Of a DNA stretch of 64,000 nt, positions 12,870 to 25,108 are shown piece by piece (within the stretch, counting starts at the first letter, position 1; every line of letters begins with the position of its first letter). The stretch is from Vicugna vicugna (Eukaryota). The stretch lies in assembly GCA_013265495.1 (NCBI GenBank), contig MU057989.1:62001-126000 (forward strand). The letters run 5' to 3'. Below the pieces are notes generated by a model. It ran no database searches. It was not told where the DNA came from and saw nothing but the letters and a program-made list of their open reading frames with translations. A program made the position numbers and the translations under genes.

Positions 12870-13192
12870 CTCGGAGCCCACCTCCTTCAGGAAGCCTTCC
12901 CCGATTAAGGAAGCCAGGGTAAGGATTCCTTCCTCCCCCAGACACCACGAACAAACCACCACCCCCCCTATTCTGGCAGTCCATATACATCAGAACAGAA
13001 CAAAAAATAACAAAATTTAAAACAACAAACAAAAAAAAAACAAAAACAAAAAAAAGAGAAGGGGAAATGTATATGTCTGTCCATCCTGTTGCTTTAGCCT
13101 GTCAGCTCCTAGAGGGCAGGGACCGTGTCTTCCGAATGGTCTGTGCAGCGCCTAGCACACCGTGGGCGCTCAATAAATATTAAATTGATTAA
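12870..13192 (+). mobile_element. L2 3'-end fragment in SRRM2 intron 9 (antisense to SRRM2)
   Basis: cacctccttcaggaagccttcc and agctcctagagggcagggaccgtgtct..gcgcctagcac..ggcgctcaataaatatt are L2 3' hallmarks. Confidence 0.75.
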
Positions 13193-13236
13193 CCCACAAG
13201 TCCCTCTCCCTCCCTTCCTCCTGGACCACCCCTTAC

Positions 13237-13329
13237 CGACTGCGGGAAGTATCAGAAGAGGAAGCAGAGTCAGCAGAAGTTGAACGGTGGGCCCGCCGGC
13301 TCTTGGGGGCTGGTGTTGTACTTCGAGAC
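13237..13329 (-). CDS. SRRM2: SRRM2 exon 9
   Basis: 93 nt. SRSTTPAPKSRRAHRSTSADSASSSDTSRSR. Donor GTAAG. Confidence 0.92.
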
Positions 13330-13499
13330 CTGATGGGAGACCACACCACAGCTCAGGGTACTGTCACACATGTACTGGATCCCCTTCATCCAGCCCTCAA
13401 CCCTTTACCAGCAAGGGGCATGACTGAGTCTACCCTATCCCCCAGGTGCATTCAGCTACCCCTTAAGCAAATTCCACTCTAATTCACAAATTCACTCAC

Positions 13500-13550
13500 C
13501 GCTTCCGTTTCTTATCCTTAGATTTACGTTTGCTCTTTGGAGTAGGAGAC
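13500..13550 (-). CDS. SRRM2: SRRM2 exon 8
   Basis: 51 nt. SPTPKSKRKSKDKKRKR. Donor GTGAGT. Confidence 0.92.
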
Positions 13551-13765
13551 CTGGGAAATAAAGCAAGATTATTTAAAATAGTAATTTTTAAAGAAAGAAA
13601 CAAAATCAAAAGTGAAATGGAAAGAGTTACTGACAGCAGGAAATTAAGGAACTGACTGATCTTTACTTCAAGAAAAAGAAACCCCCCAAAGAGCAAGTAA
13701 GGCCATCAAGCAATGGCTCAGGGTTCCACATGCCACCATGTTTCCCCGCAACAAAGAGCTCTTAC

Positions 13766-13798
13766 CTATGCTTCCGTTTCTTGGATTCAGATTCTGAC
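13766..13798 (-). CDS. SRRM2: SRRM2 exon 7 (33-nt small exon)
   Basis: SESESKKRKHR. CAG acceptor and GTAAG donor. Confidence 0.88.
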
Positions 13799-13900
13799 CT
13801 GTTGGTTTAAAAATAAATTAATTAAAAAAAAACATAAACCACTATCTATGCCTAGACTTACCAAACTTCTCCAATTACTCCACATAATCCCACCTCATAC

Positions 13901-13960
13901 CTGTGCTTCTTCTTCTTAGAGCTCTTCTTCCTCTCTCGTCGAGGAGAGCTGCTCTCTGAC
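13901..13960 (-). CDS. SRRM2: SRRM2 exon 6 (NAGNAG acceptor; alternative start 13963)
   Basis: SESSSPRRERKKSSKKKKHR. Acceptor TAGCAG and donor GTATG. Confidence 0.88.
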
Positions 13961-14406
13961 CTGCTAAAAATGAGTTGAGACAAGGTTATTCAGCTTGGCT
14001 CCTTCCCTGGCCCACTTACTCATAATCAATCCCAAGAAAAGGCTTCTAAAGCACAGAACAACTCGAACAGCATCAATGTGCCAAACCTAAGCCCAGAACT
14101 ATTTATTCTCCAAGAAGCGTTAAGTACTTCCTATTATATCGACAAACCTCAAAATGGGAAAGAAAAAAAAAAGAAATCCAAAATTCTGCCGATCAGTCCT
14201 TATTGAAAGAACTGCAGAATCAACCCTTCCCTCCTAAAGCTGCACACATTACCTCTCCTGACTAAGACTTAAATGGTAACTCCCTCTTCTCCAAATTTTA
14301 TGACAATTCTCTCCTGCTTCCTAGAAACAAAAATTCTCTATTTCCAGAGACAGAACATGACAGGATTGGTCCTCTGGCTACTAGAATAACTTTCCAACCA
14401 ACTTAC

Positions 14407-14484
14407 CGTCCTCTATCTTTCTTCTTTTTCTTCTTCTTTTGCTTTGGGGTTGGTGAGCGAGAACTGCTAGACTCCCGAACAAGG
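14407..14484 (-). CDS. SRRM2: SRRM2 exon 5
   Basis: 78 nt. LVRESSSSRSPTPKQKKKKKKKDRGR. Donor GTAAGT. Confidence 0.92.
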
Positions 14485-14651
14485 CTGGGAAAAGATGAAG
14501 AGTCAGAGGTGGGTGCTAAGACAAATTTTCTTAAACATTGCAACTTCAGAAAAACAAAATCTGAAGATTCTGGAAATAGTCCACCAAAAAAAAAAAGCAC
14601 TTAGTGCTTAGAATTAAGAGAAACTGACACTGGTTTCTTTGTCTTGTGTAC

Positions 14652-14816
14652 CTGTACGGTTTGGGAGGCTCAGGAGCTGGTTGTTTAGCTTCTCGAGCAC
14701 GACGCTGAGGATCAAAGGAGCTGCCATCCACATAGGAATCACTGATGCCAAAGGCAGCCCGGAGTCGCTCATTCTTCTTCTCATTCAATTCTGCCAACTG
14801 GTGAGTCTCAGTTACC
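14652..14816 (-). CDS. SRRM2: SRRM2 exon 4
   Basis: 165 nt. VTETHQLAELNEKKNERLRAAFGISDSYVDGSSFDPQRRAREAKQPAPEPPKPY. Confidence 0.93.
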
Positions 14817-14996
14817 CTAGAGGAAAAAAGGTCAAAGGTCTGAAGGAGATAAGAGTAAAAAGCAGAGTCATATTCATACAACTGTAGTCAGGGCACAGGA
14901 AAACGGAGATGAGAGCAGGGAGAAAGTCTAAAGGAGAGAGGAGAGCAAAAGCAGCAGAACAGAGTCCCGAGAAAATCGAGAGAGGAAAACACTCAC

Positions 14997-15104
14997 GATG
15001 GCCTCTGCCCTGGGGTCTCCTCCTTGCCCCCAGGGTTCACATCCTTCTCCAGCAACATGAGTCGAAAGGTCGCCACTTTTTCCTGAATTTGCTGTTCCTC
15101 GTAC
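14997..15104 (-). CDS. SRRM2: SRRM2 exon 3 (cwf21 domain)
   Basis: 108 nt. YEEQQIQEKVATFRLMLLEKDVNPGGKEETPGQRP. Confidence 0.93.
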
Positions 15105-16000
15105 CTAAAGAATAAATCCCTTCAGGGTTAGAGTCTGACTAGACACTCTTCCCCAGTCCCACGTTTACAGTTCCCTCATTCCCAGCAGGATCCCTTCCCT
15201 CTCCATGCACACACAGAATTTTTCATTCACTGTCACCCAAAGGGCCCTTCTATTAAATCCTACTCTATTCCTGTCATCTTTCATCCTTCCACTTACTACA
15301 CCCTCTAGAACAGTGGATTTTAAACATGCTACACTCCAGGGGCCAAGAGAGGAAAGTTAAGCAGGCAGAGTTCCAGGTGTTCCTCCCCAACTTCAACAAG
15401 AACAGATCTTTCATTTCCTGGGATTCCAAAGTAATGTGCGTTGTTTAAAAGGGGAACCACTGCTGAAGTTTGAAAACCACTGCTCTAAAAGGTTTTCTAC
15501 CTGAATGTGCTCCTTTTCCAAAATTTCACTTCCCTACCCAACCCATGATCCCCTTTTCCAGGTATTACTCCTCCCTGTTTTCCTGCCTTTGCTATTCTCC
15601 AAGGCCTCAATCCTTAAATCCATTTACCTTCCTTTTTCTCTACCAATGACAACACGTATCAGCTTCAACTTATCTAACTCTTGTCTCTTGCTTGGTCTGC
15701 TTTCCCACCTCTCCCTTAAAGCACATTTTTGTTTCTCAGTGGCCTCCCTCTTTCCCCATGTGCCTCCATCTAACTAATTCAGACTCCCTCACGTTCCCTC
15801 TTATGTCCTAGACACAGTTTCTCCATCTCCCACTTTGAACTGTCCCTTAACTCCTTTCACTTTGCTAGCCCTTTACCTCCTCCCCTCCTACAACTCCTCT
15901 CAGGCCTCTTTCAACCAGCCCTAAGCTCCCTACATATCCCACCTAACACCCCCAGCTCTGCACTCACTCAGTGCTTGGCTCTCCCCCAGCCCTCCCTCAC

Positions 16001-16242
16001 CCCTGCTCTTCCATCATCTCCTCCAGCTCGAGGCATCGCAGCTCCACGCGCCGCTTGCGCTCGTGGTCCAGGATGTCAGGATTAGGCCGCTTCACCAGGG
16101 CAGCCTCCAGGCGCCGCAGTTCCTCCTCTCCCTTGTAGTCAGGCCGCTCACCCCGGCGGCCCCGCACCAGGGACAGGTTGCGCTGGACGTAGCCGTTGGT
16201 GCCGCTGCCCCGGGGCGTCGGCAGCCCGATCCCGTTGTACAT
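16001..16242 (-). CDS. SRRM2: SRRM2 exon 2 coding part (start codon; exon acceptor at 16274)
   Basis: MYNGIGLPTPRGSGTNGYVQRNLS... is the diagnostic cwf21/SRm300 N-terminus. Donor GTGAG at 16000. Confidence 0.97.
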
Positions 16243-18949
16243 GGCCCCGTGCCCGGGGGGGGGCACCACCGCTCCTGAAGGGGAGCGGGGAGACACGGGT
16301 CAGGCCCCTGGCCCCAAACTAACCACTTACCACCCACAAATCCCTGTTCTTCAACCCTATTTCAATGTGTATCTCCATACTAAACCTCCTTTAGCTGCAT
16401 TATTTTCCTGGTCTCCTAACAAAATCCCTTCTTCATCCTTCCCAAACTTTTCTTTCCACCAGATAACCGTTTCCCTCAGTGTGCAAGAGCCATTCCTGCT
16501 TGCACCTAGATTTTCTTTCACATCCCAGACAAAGATTCTATTTCTCCCAAGTTTCTCCACACTGTCCCTTACTCTCCTTTGGCCCCAATAAGCACAAGCA
16601 ATATCCTCACCAACCACTCTAACTCCTAACCTCTGGTAACTAACTGAGGCCTCCAAACAGGGAAGAACAAACACCAAAGATCTGTGGCACCCAAGGGCCT
16701 GCAGTCCAAGTCTAAAGACTCCTCCAAAAACTGACCTATGGATTTCAGGCTACCCTAAAGATAGCCTTAAATTATGAATAAAAACTGACTGAACAGCCCC
16801 TAGATATCCAAACAGGCAGACCGATTGTTTAAGATAAACCGAAAGTGTCCTGTGCAGCCTCACGACCAGACTAAACATCAGCATGAACATCAGAAACACA
16901 TGAACCTTGGATACGTTATCCTCTTAGCCTTCGCCTCTCAAGGAGCCATTTCCTATCAACTATACTGACTGATATGTATTCCCTCAAATTCCTTCCCAAT
17001 AGAATTTCTCACGTGATTTGCAGCTCACCTTGCTCCTTTTAAATAGCACTGGTTTTCAACTCAATGCTTTTAAACACATCACACCAGCCTCCTCTGTTCC
17101 AACTGTCCCCATACCTTCCCTACATTCCTTCTCCTATACATATTCAGAAAACTCCCACTTTTTATACCTCACTTTCATTAAAGTCAAACTGTCAGCTTTC
17201 CCTAACAGTCCTGTTATCTCACTTTCTAGTTTTCCAGCCCTGCCTTAACCCTCTCACGTGTTATCACGTGCCTACCACCAGGTTCTGTCCTCTCAATCTA
17301 TCCCAACCCCAGCAGGATTCTGAATTTTTCAGACTCTAATTTTTCTGATCAAAATTCTTGACTACACATACTCTACTACTTTCTCTTGCTATATATACTC
17401 TTATTTCTTTCTCCAACTCATCCTGTCGAAGATAGTTTCACAGGGGAAATGTATGAGGGAAAACAACCCCAGGGAAGAACTCAAAGAATAAAGTGGAGAG
17501 ATTAATGAAGTAGAGGGAAAAAACAGAACTGGATAAAAGGGAAGGCTTTATTTTTAAAAATTCCAGAAGAAACATCATACAAATAATAGGAAAAATACAC
17601 TTAAGTCCTCTCTCAAAGTTTAGGAAAATGTTGAATGAAAGGGAGACAGCCCAACTCTAGCACAGTTTGGAGCTCACTACCCCCAAACTCTAAGGCTGGA
17701 TCCCTGCCCACTTCCTGTAGCATACTCCAGAGAAGTAAAATTTTTAAAAATATAGCCAAACTAGAATAAAGTGACAGATGAAGCTAAATCTAGGGAAGGC
17801 AAATGGAATTGTGTGAAGAAATGAAATATTTATCACACAAGAAATCTTCCAACCCTCACTTTTTCTCAAATACCAATCCTCCCCACTCTAAACCTAGGTC
17901 TCCTTTGGTTCTCTATACCCCACCTAGTTTCTGCTGCCCTTGCAGAATGCTTCTGACCTGCAATTAATTCTTCAGCATAACCATTCACCCACACTTCCAT
18001 ACCACCTCACACAATAATCCTCCCACTCCTTGGAGAAGGAAAACCATTAAGCAAAGGGTATTAAGTCACAGTAGGTTAAACTTTCAGGGAATGTGCTTAA
18101 AAAAAAAAACCCCACATAAATACTACAGCATCCAAGACAGTGCTCAAAACACTAAAAACAAAAACAAAAACAAAAACGGACGGAGAATATCAACAATGCA
18201 CACACAAATCACCAAAACCAGGCAATTTTGTAAAACAGGGATTCATAAGCTGCAGGCCAGGGACTGTGGGTATGCAAAAGTCACCCAAGCTAAAAGCAGA
18301 AAATAAAAGGAAGCTGCAAAAAAAAGCAAGTTTTTTTTTTCTGTTGGAAAATCATCACAATGCCAAAATAACGAAATAGAAGGGAGTCTTGAAATTCAGT
18401 ATCACGATATCGAGGGGAAAAACGCACCAAAAAGGGAGAGGAGTGTGCAGGAAAATGGATCTAAATAAGCACAGCAAGCTCAGCACTGGGGCACTGTAAC
18501 AGCTGAGTGGACATTACAGAATCCAGAAAGCTAAAACACTAACTTAAAAAGAAACCTAGACTCCCACACTTAAGAGGAAAGACAACAAGACACTTTTCAA
18601 TTTTTTTTGACCCAGGAGATCTTTCATAAGCGTTTGAGTGGAAACCAAGGCTTAGAAGAGTTGTATGCCAAATAATGACAAAGTCCAGACTTTTCTTCCT
18701 AAGGAAGGGCTCCAAAAGCCTCGTCTCCAGCTTTCACACAACTTTTGGGAAGATGATGAAAAGTGTAAGAAAAAAAGGAGCACATGACCGCCTTTACACA
18801 CCTAAGCTGAGTACGCAATTTTTTTTAAAGGTTTAGCGCTTTCTCTAACACTTCACGGCGGACAGTAACGAGTCCAAACGGTCTCATTCTCCCGGGCATC
18901 TAGTTCAAGGCCTTCTCTGCATTAGCAGAGCGGCCAAGACCTATTTCCG

Positions 18950-20400
18950 GCCTTGAGGGATGAGGGAGGGGGCTGCGCGGCGCCCCGCAGTCTCGGTGGC
19001 TCAGGACCGGACCACAGGTCGACAGGAGGGACGGGTAGGCCAGAAGCAGGAGAGGCGCGGGGGAAAGGATATGGGGGCAGAATCGCAGCCGCCGCAGCCC
19101 CCTTCCCGCCGAGAAAATGTCGGAAAGGACAGCTGCAGGAGGACCTCCTCGGTCGCACGCCTCGGGGAGGCGAGAAACCGAGTCGCGCGCTCCCCCTTCC
19201 TCGCAGAGGACGCGCGCGAGTCCGAGTGCAGTCGGCGGCGCGCGCCGTTGCCATGGGGGAGGGGGAAGGAAATAAAAGCACGCGCGCGACAGGAGCCGCG
19301 AGGGGGGGAGGGGAGGCAGGCGAGCGAGGACGTCCGCGCGAGCTAGGGGCGGCGAGCGCGCGTGCGCGCGGCGGCCTAGGCCGTTCTCCGCGGGCTTTGG
19401 CCTGGCGCCGGGGCCGCCGCCCCTCCCCCACCCGGCTCGCGCGCTCCCTCACCCTCTCACCCGCCGCCGCCGCCGCCGCCGCCTCCGCCCGCTGCCTCCG
19501 AGGGGGAGAGGTGCTGCCGCTGCTCGGGCTCCTGAGTCCCTCGGGGCCTGGAGCCGCCGCCTCGCCTCGCCTGTCCGTCTGCCTCAGCCGACACCAACGC
19601 CTCCTCGCTTCCTCAGGGGCCGCAGCGGGCTCTGACTGCGCCACTCGCACCCGCCTGGGTCGCGCTGCACGTCAGCACGACCAACTAAGCACGTCAGCAC
19701 GCAGCCGCGCGCGTCGCAGGGCCCGCCGGGAACCGTAGTACACCCCGCAGCGTTGTGCGCAGGCGCTGAAGCTGTACCGGGAAGTGTAGTTTTTTAAAGC
19801 CCGAAGGAGAATCACCTCTGTAATGGAAAAACTACGATTCCCAAACGGTCAATTGCAAGTAAGGGCATGGGAGCGGACCGGAGAAAGCAGTGTATTCCGG
19901 AGAGTTTCGCTGAGGAAGCGGCACGCGGCAAACGCGACATCGCGAGCGTCGCCAGCGCTCTCCCCGGCCTCCCGCCTTCGTCCCAGAGTATTCTGGGAGT
20001 TGTAGTTCTACTGGGGCGCGGAACCCGTATGTAGCTGCGCCCTTCCCCCTCCACCCCCACGACCGCCATTTTGTCTCCCCATGTTGGGAGTCGATGGGCC
20101 CGACCCTAACTACGCTGCCGCTTCCATGTGACCACAGGCCTCCCAGGGCGAGAGCGGGGCCGCGCCGCACTCGTCCTTCCGCACCAGGCAGAATCCCGCA
20201 CCAGGCAGAATCCCGCCTCAGGGCCGGGCCAGCGGACACCCCTGACACTCCGGAGCCCAGCTTCAGGCCCAGGGCCCGAGCCAAAAGCCGAGGCAGCAGG
20301 CCGTGGTGTTAGCAGTTTACACCCGCTTAGACGGTACTGAATAGGGCCGGCTACCGGTAGAGAAAAATTTTTGTTACCATCGAGTAAGGCGGCCAGGCAG
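18950..20400. promoter_or_regulatory. SRRM2 CpG-island promoter
   Basis: Dense CpG. ZNF143/THAP11-type ACTAC..TTCCC motifs at 19777-19792 (-), 19829-19843 (+) and 19988-20008 (-). NRF1-like TGCGCAGGCGC near 19756. YY1 CCGCCATTTT at 20063. Two TGACGT sites on the - strand. Confidence 0.88.
19461..19700 (-). other. SRRM2: SRRM2 non-coding exon 1 (5' end approximate), with a short (CGG)n run next to the donor
   Basis: Donor GG|GTGAGA at 19460 inside a CpG island. TSS inferred from the promoter motifs. Confidence 0.7.
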
Positions 20401-21239
20401 CGATGTGATTAACTCCTTCAGAACCTCGGACGTGTTATACGTGACAGGGCGGACAAAAACGTTAGAAACGCTCTTAGCTATTTCACCCCTTTACAGAATC
20501 TTATGTTAATTGTTTTAAACCCCCCCCCCCGGAACCCGAGAACCAGCCAGTTTCCCTCAGAGCAGAGTTGAAAGAAGCTGGGCTTCTCAGGCAGGCCAAA
20601 GTTTCATCCCATCTTACGGACTCGCACTCAGCGGTCCTGGTTTTCCGTGGAGTCTAGAACTCTCAGCAGAACCCAGCATATGGCACCTAATTGATGAACT
20701 CTGGTCCGTTTGAATTTGAGGGATTGTATTTGGTATTACTCAGTTTTCTTTGTAAGCTGCCCACAGAAGGATAAACTCATCTCAGATGCTGGAACTGGGA
20801 GACTCACCGCTCTGTGTAGGAGCTGGAGCTTCGGCTTACAGTGCCCAGGATGTTGTTCTAACCCTGCCTTGAACTTGGGCACCTTTGGATGTTGCTTCCA
20901 TGAGCTGAGTAATTTATGGCGAAGTGGGAAAGCCTTTGTCTTTTGGGTCTTAAGCTGGTATTTCTGAGGTTGAGGTTGAGTTTGGTGGTTTCTTAAAACC
21001 CACCACTTTCAGTGAGACCCATTCTTGTAACCAAATTCCCAATGATACTCTTCATTGTATTTACTGAACATTTTGTGCTAAATGCTGATCAGGAATCACT
21101 GCATTAAACTTGCATGACAACCCCGTGGGGTAGGTGTTACTCTCCTTTTCCTATGGGGACAGCTAAGGATTCCCTTACCTAACCAGACTACCGTTTTAAA
21201 AAATAAGGAAAGTGATAGTGAAATACTATAATCTACAGA

Positions 21240-22030
21240 CGATGGAGGTGATATCAGTTGTTCTGATAATATCCTTAATAGCCAAAGAAAATTCAGAATC
21301 ACGCATGTTGCATTCAGTTGTCATGTCCTTTAATCTGAACAGTTTCTGATCTTTGTACGTCATGACATTGCCATTTAAGGATACAAGCCGTTTATTTTGT
21401 AGAATGCCCCTCAGTTTGGGTTTGTCTGATGTTTCATCACATTTAAATTCAGATTAGACGCTTTTGGCAGGAAGACCACGGAAGTGATATGCATTTTCAG
21501 TGCAGAGTAGGAAGACATATATCTTTCCCAATAATTCCAATTACTAATGACACTGACTTTGATCTGACCTTGATCATTTTGTTAAGAAGGAGTCAACCAG
21601 GTTTCTCTAACATAGAATATCTAGTTTAAGTAATTAAAAAAAAAAGTTACCTACTGGAAATTGTATTTAGAAACTAAGATCTTGGTTCTAGATGTACTTG
21701 TAGTTACTGTGGTGTCATTACTTTTAGGCCTTCTTGAAGGATAGAGCTGAAACATGCTTGAGATGTATATGTCCAAAAGTTTATACTCATATCCCCAATT
21801 CCAATCTAATACTGCAGAGTGTATTCCATTCTTCTCTTTATCCACATTTGTAACACCATTCTCCAACTGTGAAGAACTTGGCTTCCATTTCCTCAGTATG
21901 TTTACTTGTTTGCTCAATCCTAGAATTCCAAAAAGTATCTTCAAGATTGTTCATCCATTATTCTTTAAAAAAAAAAGTCTATTTGGTTAGAGTTCTTTTT
22001 TTCTTTAGCTTGAGGGTATCTGTTCTATTT
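21240..22030 (-). mobile_element. Old L1 (L1MC/ME-like) fragment
   Basis: cacgcatgttgcattcagttgtcatgtc..ttttgtagaatgcccctcagtttgg. Confidence 0.6.
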
Positions 22031-22045
22031 AAATACTATATTCAA

Positions 22046-22936
22046 GTCACTAATTATCAGAGAAATGCAAATCAAAACTACAATGAGGTATCACCTCACA
22101 CCAGTCAGAATGGCCATCACTAAAAAGTCCACAAACAGTAAATGCTGGAGAGGGTGTGGAGAAAGGGAACCCTCCTATACTGTTGGTGGGAATGTAGTTT
22201 AGTGCAGCCACTATGGAGAACAGTATGGAGGTTCCTTAAAAAACTAAAAATAGAGTTACCATATTGATCATCATTGTCCATTGATCAGCAATCCCACTCC
22301 TGGGCATGTATCCAGAGGAGACTCTAATTCAAAAAGATAACATGCACCCCAATGTTTATAGCAGTACTATATACAATAGCCAAGACATGGAAACAACCTA
22401 GATACCCATCGACAGATGACTGGATAAAGAAGTTACAGTATATTTATATAATGAAATACTACTCAGCCATAAAAAATAATAAAATAATGCCATTTGCAGC
22501 AACATGGATGGACCCAAAGATCATCTAAGTGAAGTAAGCCACAAAGAGAATGAAAAATACCATATGATATGGCTTATATGTGAAATCTAAAACAAATAAA
22601 AAAGACACAAATGAACTTATTTATAAGACAGAAACAGACTCACAAACATAGAAAACAAACTTATGGTTACCATGCAGGGAGAGGGTAGAAAGGGATAAAT
22701 TAGGAGTGTGAGATTTGCAGGTACTAACTACCATATATAAAATAAACAAGTTTATAAAGAGTAGCACAGGGAACTATATTCAATATTTTGTAGTAACCTA
22801 TAATGAAAAAGAATATGAAAAGGAATGTATGTATGTGTATGTATGACTGAAACATTATGCTGTACACCAGAAATTGACACAACATTGTAAACTGACTATA
22901 CGTCAGTAAAATAAATAAATAAATAAATAAATAAAT
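22046..22936 (+). mobile_element. 5'-truncated younger L1 with (TAAA)n tail and 15-bp target-site duplication
   Basis: L1 ORF2 3' end (agagaaatgcaaatcaaaactacaatgaggtatcacctcacacc). TSD aaatactatattcaa at 22031-22045 and 22937-22951. Confidence 0.9.
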
Positions 22937-23605
22937 AAATACTATATTCAAAAGTTACTCGAGTTACTTGGTGTTAATTTTCCTCACCTTTGAGTGTGTT
23001 TATGTTATTCTTATGCTTTGGTTCATTTGTTCCTGTTTGTATTAAATCTTCGGATTTTTTTTTCTCCTAAACTTGGAGATTTTATTTAGTTTATTTTTCT
23101 GAAAATGTGAAACAGTAAGATGGTTACAAAAGGCAAGTCTGTATGAAAAATTATACTCAGAGAACTGGCTTCTTTGCCATTCCCTCTGTCCTCTCCATGC
23201 AAGTCCTGCCCACTACTTTTTGCTAATCGATCTCAGTCCTCTCTGCTCTTTGCTCCATAGCTTTCTTTTTGCTCAAGTGAGGAGGCAAATGTATATATTT
23301 TTTTAATTCCCCTTTCTTATGCAAGGGTAGCATACTAACGATACTCTTGTGCACTTTACTTTTTTCACTTAGCAGTATATGGAAATCATTCCATGTCAGT
23401 TCACAGAGATGTGTGAGTGGACTTTTATTCAACTACTCTTAGATGTATGGGTGTCTGAATTCTTTGATATTTTGTAATCACAAACCATGCTGCAATGAGT
23501 AACCAAGTGTACATGTGTTTTCATATTGTTGGGGTAGCAGTAAATCTTCAAGGTAAATTCCTAGAAGTGGGATTGCTAGGGCAGAAGGTAAAGACAAATG
23601 TAGGT

Positions 23606-23788
23606 TTTTTTTTCAATTTCAGAGTTTTGGGGTTTTTTTTTAAATTAAGGAATGTCATTTTACAATGCTACATCAATTTCTGGTGTACAGCATAACATTT
23701 CAGTCATATATATATACATACATATATTCCTTTCACATTCTTTTTCATTTTCATTATAGGTTACTACAAGATATTAAATATAGTTCCA
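23606..23788 (-). mobile_element. Short L1 3'-end insertion
   Basis: Reverse complement of the same 3' UTR seen at 22750-22900, flanked by acaaatgtag direct repeats. Confidence 0.7.
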
Positions 23789-23969
23789 ACAAATGTAGTT
23801 TTGTTAGTAATAACAGTCCTCTCAGTGAGGGTTATACCAATTTGCATTCCCCCTGGTAAAACACAAGAGGGCCTGCCTTCCCACAGCCTCGCCAGCAGAG
23901 TAGGTTACTATGCTTTTCAATTTTTGCTAACCTGATAGGTGAGAAATGATATTCCACTGTCAGTATTTT

Positions 23970-24560
23970 TTGTGTGAGGTAAAATGTAGATAATGTAGAA
24001 TTTACCATTTTAACTATTTTTAAGTGTACAATTCAGTGGCATTAACTACATTCACAAGGTTGTACAACCTTCACCACTATCCATTTTCAGAACTTTTTCA
24101 TTCCCCAAACTGAAACTCATTAAATAGTAACTCCTCATTCCCTGCAACTCCAGCCGCTGCTAACCTCTGTTCTGCTGTCTCTCTGAATTTGCCTATTGTA
24201 GTATGAGTGGAACCATAAAATAGCCATCTTTTCATATGTGGCTTATTGTACTTAGCATACTGTTTTTAAGGTTTATCTGTGTTGTAGCATGTGTCAGAAT
24301 TTCATTCTTTTTTGAAATTTTGTTTTTTGGTTTTTTGGGGAAGTAGGTAATTTGGTTTATTTATTTTTTATTATTGTTTTTTAATTTAACAGAGCATTCT
24401 TTTTCAATGCTGAATAATATTTCGTTGAATGCATATATGCCACATTTTGTTTACCCATTCATTCACTGATGAACATTTGACTTGTTTCCATATTTTGGGT
24501 TTTGTGACTAGTGCAGCTGCTAACATTGTATGCAAGTCCTGTATGGACAGACATTTTCAT
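23970..24560 (-). mobile_element. L1MB-like 3' fragment
   Basis: aagtgtacaattcagtggcatta..tttatctgtgttgtagcatgtgtcagaatttcattc. Confidence 0.7.
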
Positions 24561-24673
24561 TTCTGTACTCCAGAGATGGCCTCCTCTTTGGGCCTCTGGG
24601 CTTCGCCTCCAGTCTTCACGAGAACTCCAGAAAGATTTTTAAATTTTCCTTTGAAACTTTATTTGTATCCTAC

Positions 24674-25108
24674 GTTGTTGGGTGTTGAATAGTGGCCCCC
24701 CAAAACTTCGTGTCCCTCTAGAACCTCAGAATGTGATCCTATTGGAATAAAGGGCTTTGCAGGTGTAATCAGTTAAGGATCTCCAGAAGAAACCATGAAT
24801 CGTGAACTTAGAGTAGGTCCTAAATCCAATGACTGGTGTCCTTACAAGAGGAGACACAGAGACACACAGTGAGACAAGTCCATGGGAAGGTGAAGACAGA
24901 GGTTAGAGTGATGCAGCCACAAACCAAGGAATGCCAGCAAGCTGGAAAAGGCAGGAAGAGGCCTCGCATAGAGCCTCTGGAGGGTGGGAGGCTCTGCAAC
25001 ACCTTAATTTAGGACTTTTGGCCTCTAGACTGTGAGAGGCAAACTTCTGTTGTTTTAAACCACCCAGTTTGTGGCAATTTGTTACAGAAGCCACAGGAAA
25101 CTCATACA
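24674..25108 (+). mobile_element. MLT1 (MaLR) solo LTR
   Basis: tgttgaatagtggccccc..gtttgtggcaatttgttacagaagccacaggaaactcataca. Confidence 0.8.

Noticed and set aside
18922..19738. 242-aa and 261-aa ORFs over the SRRM2 promoter
   Set aside because: Stop-poor GC-rich CpG island giving Arg/Pro/Ala low-complexity products.
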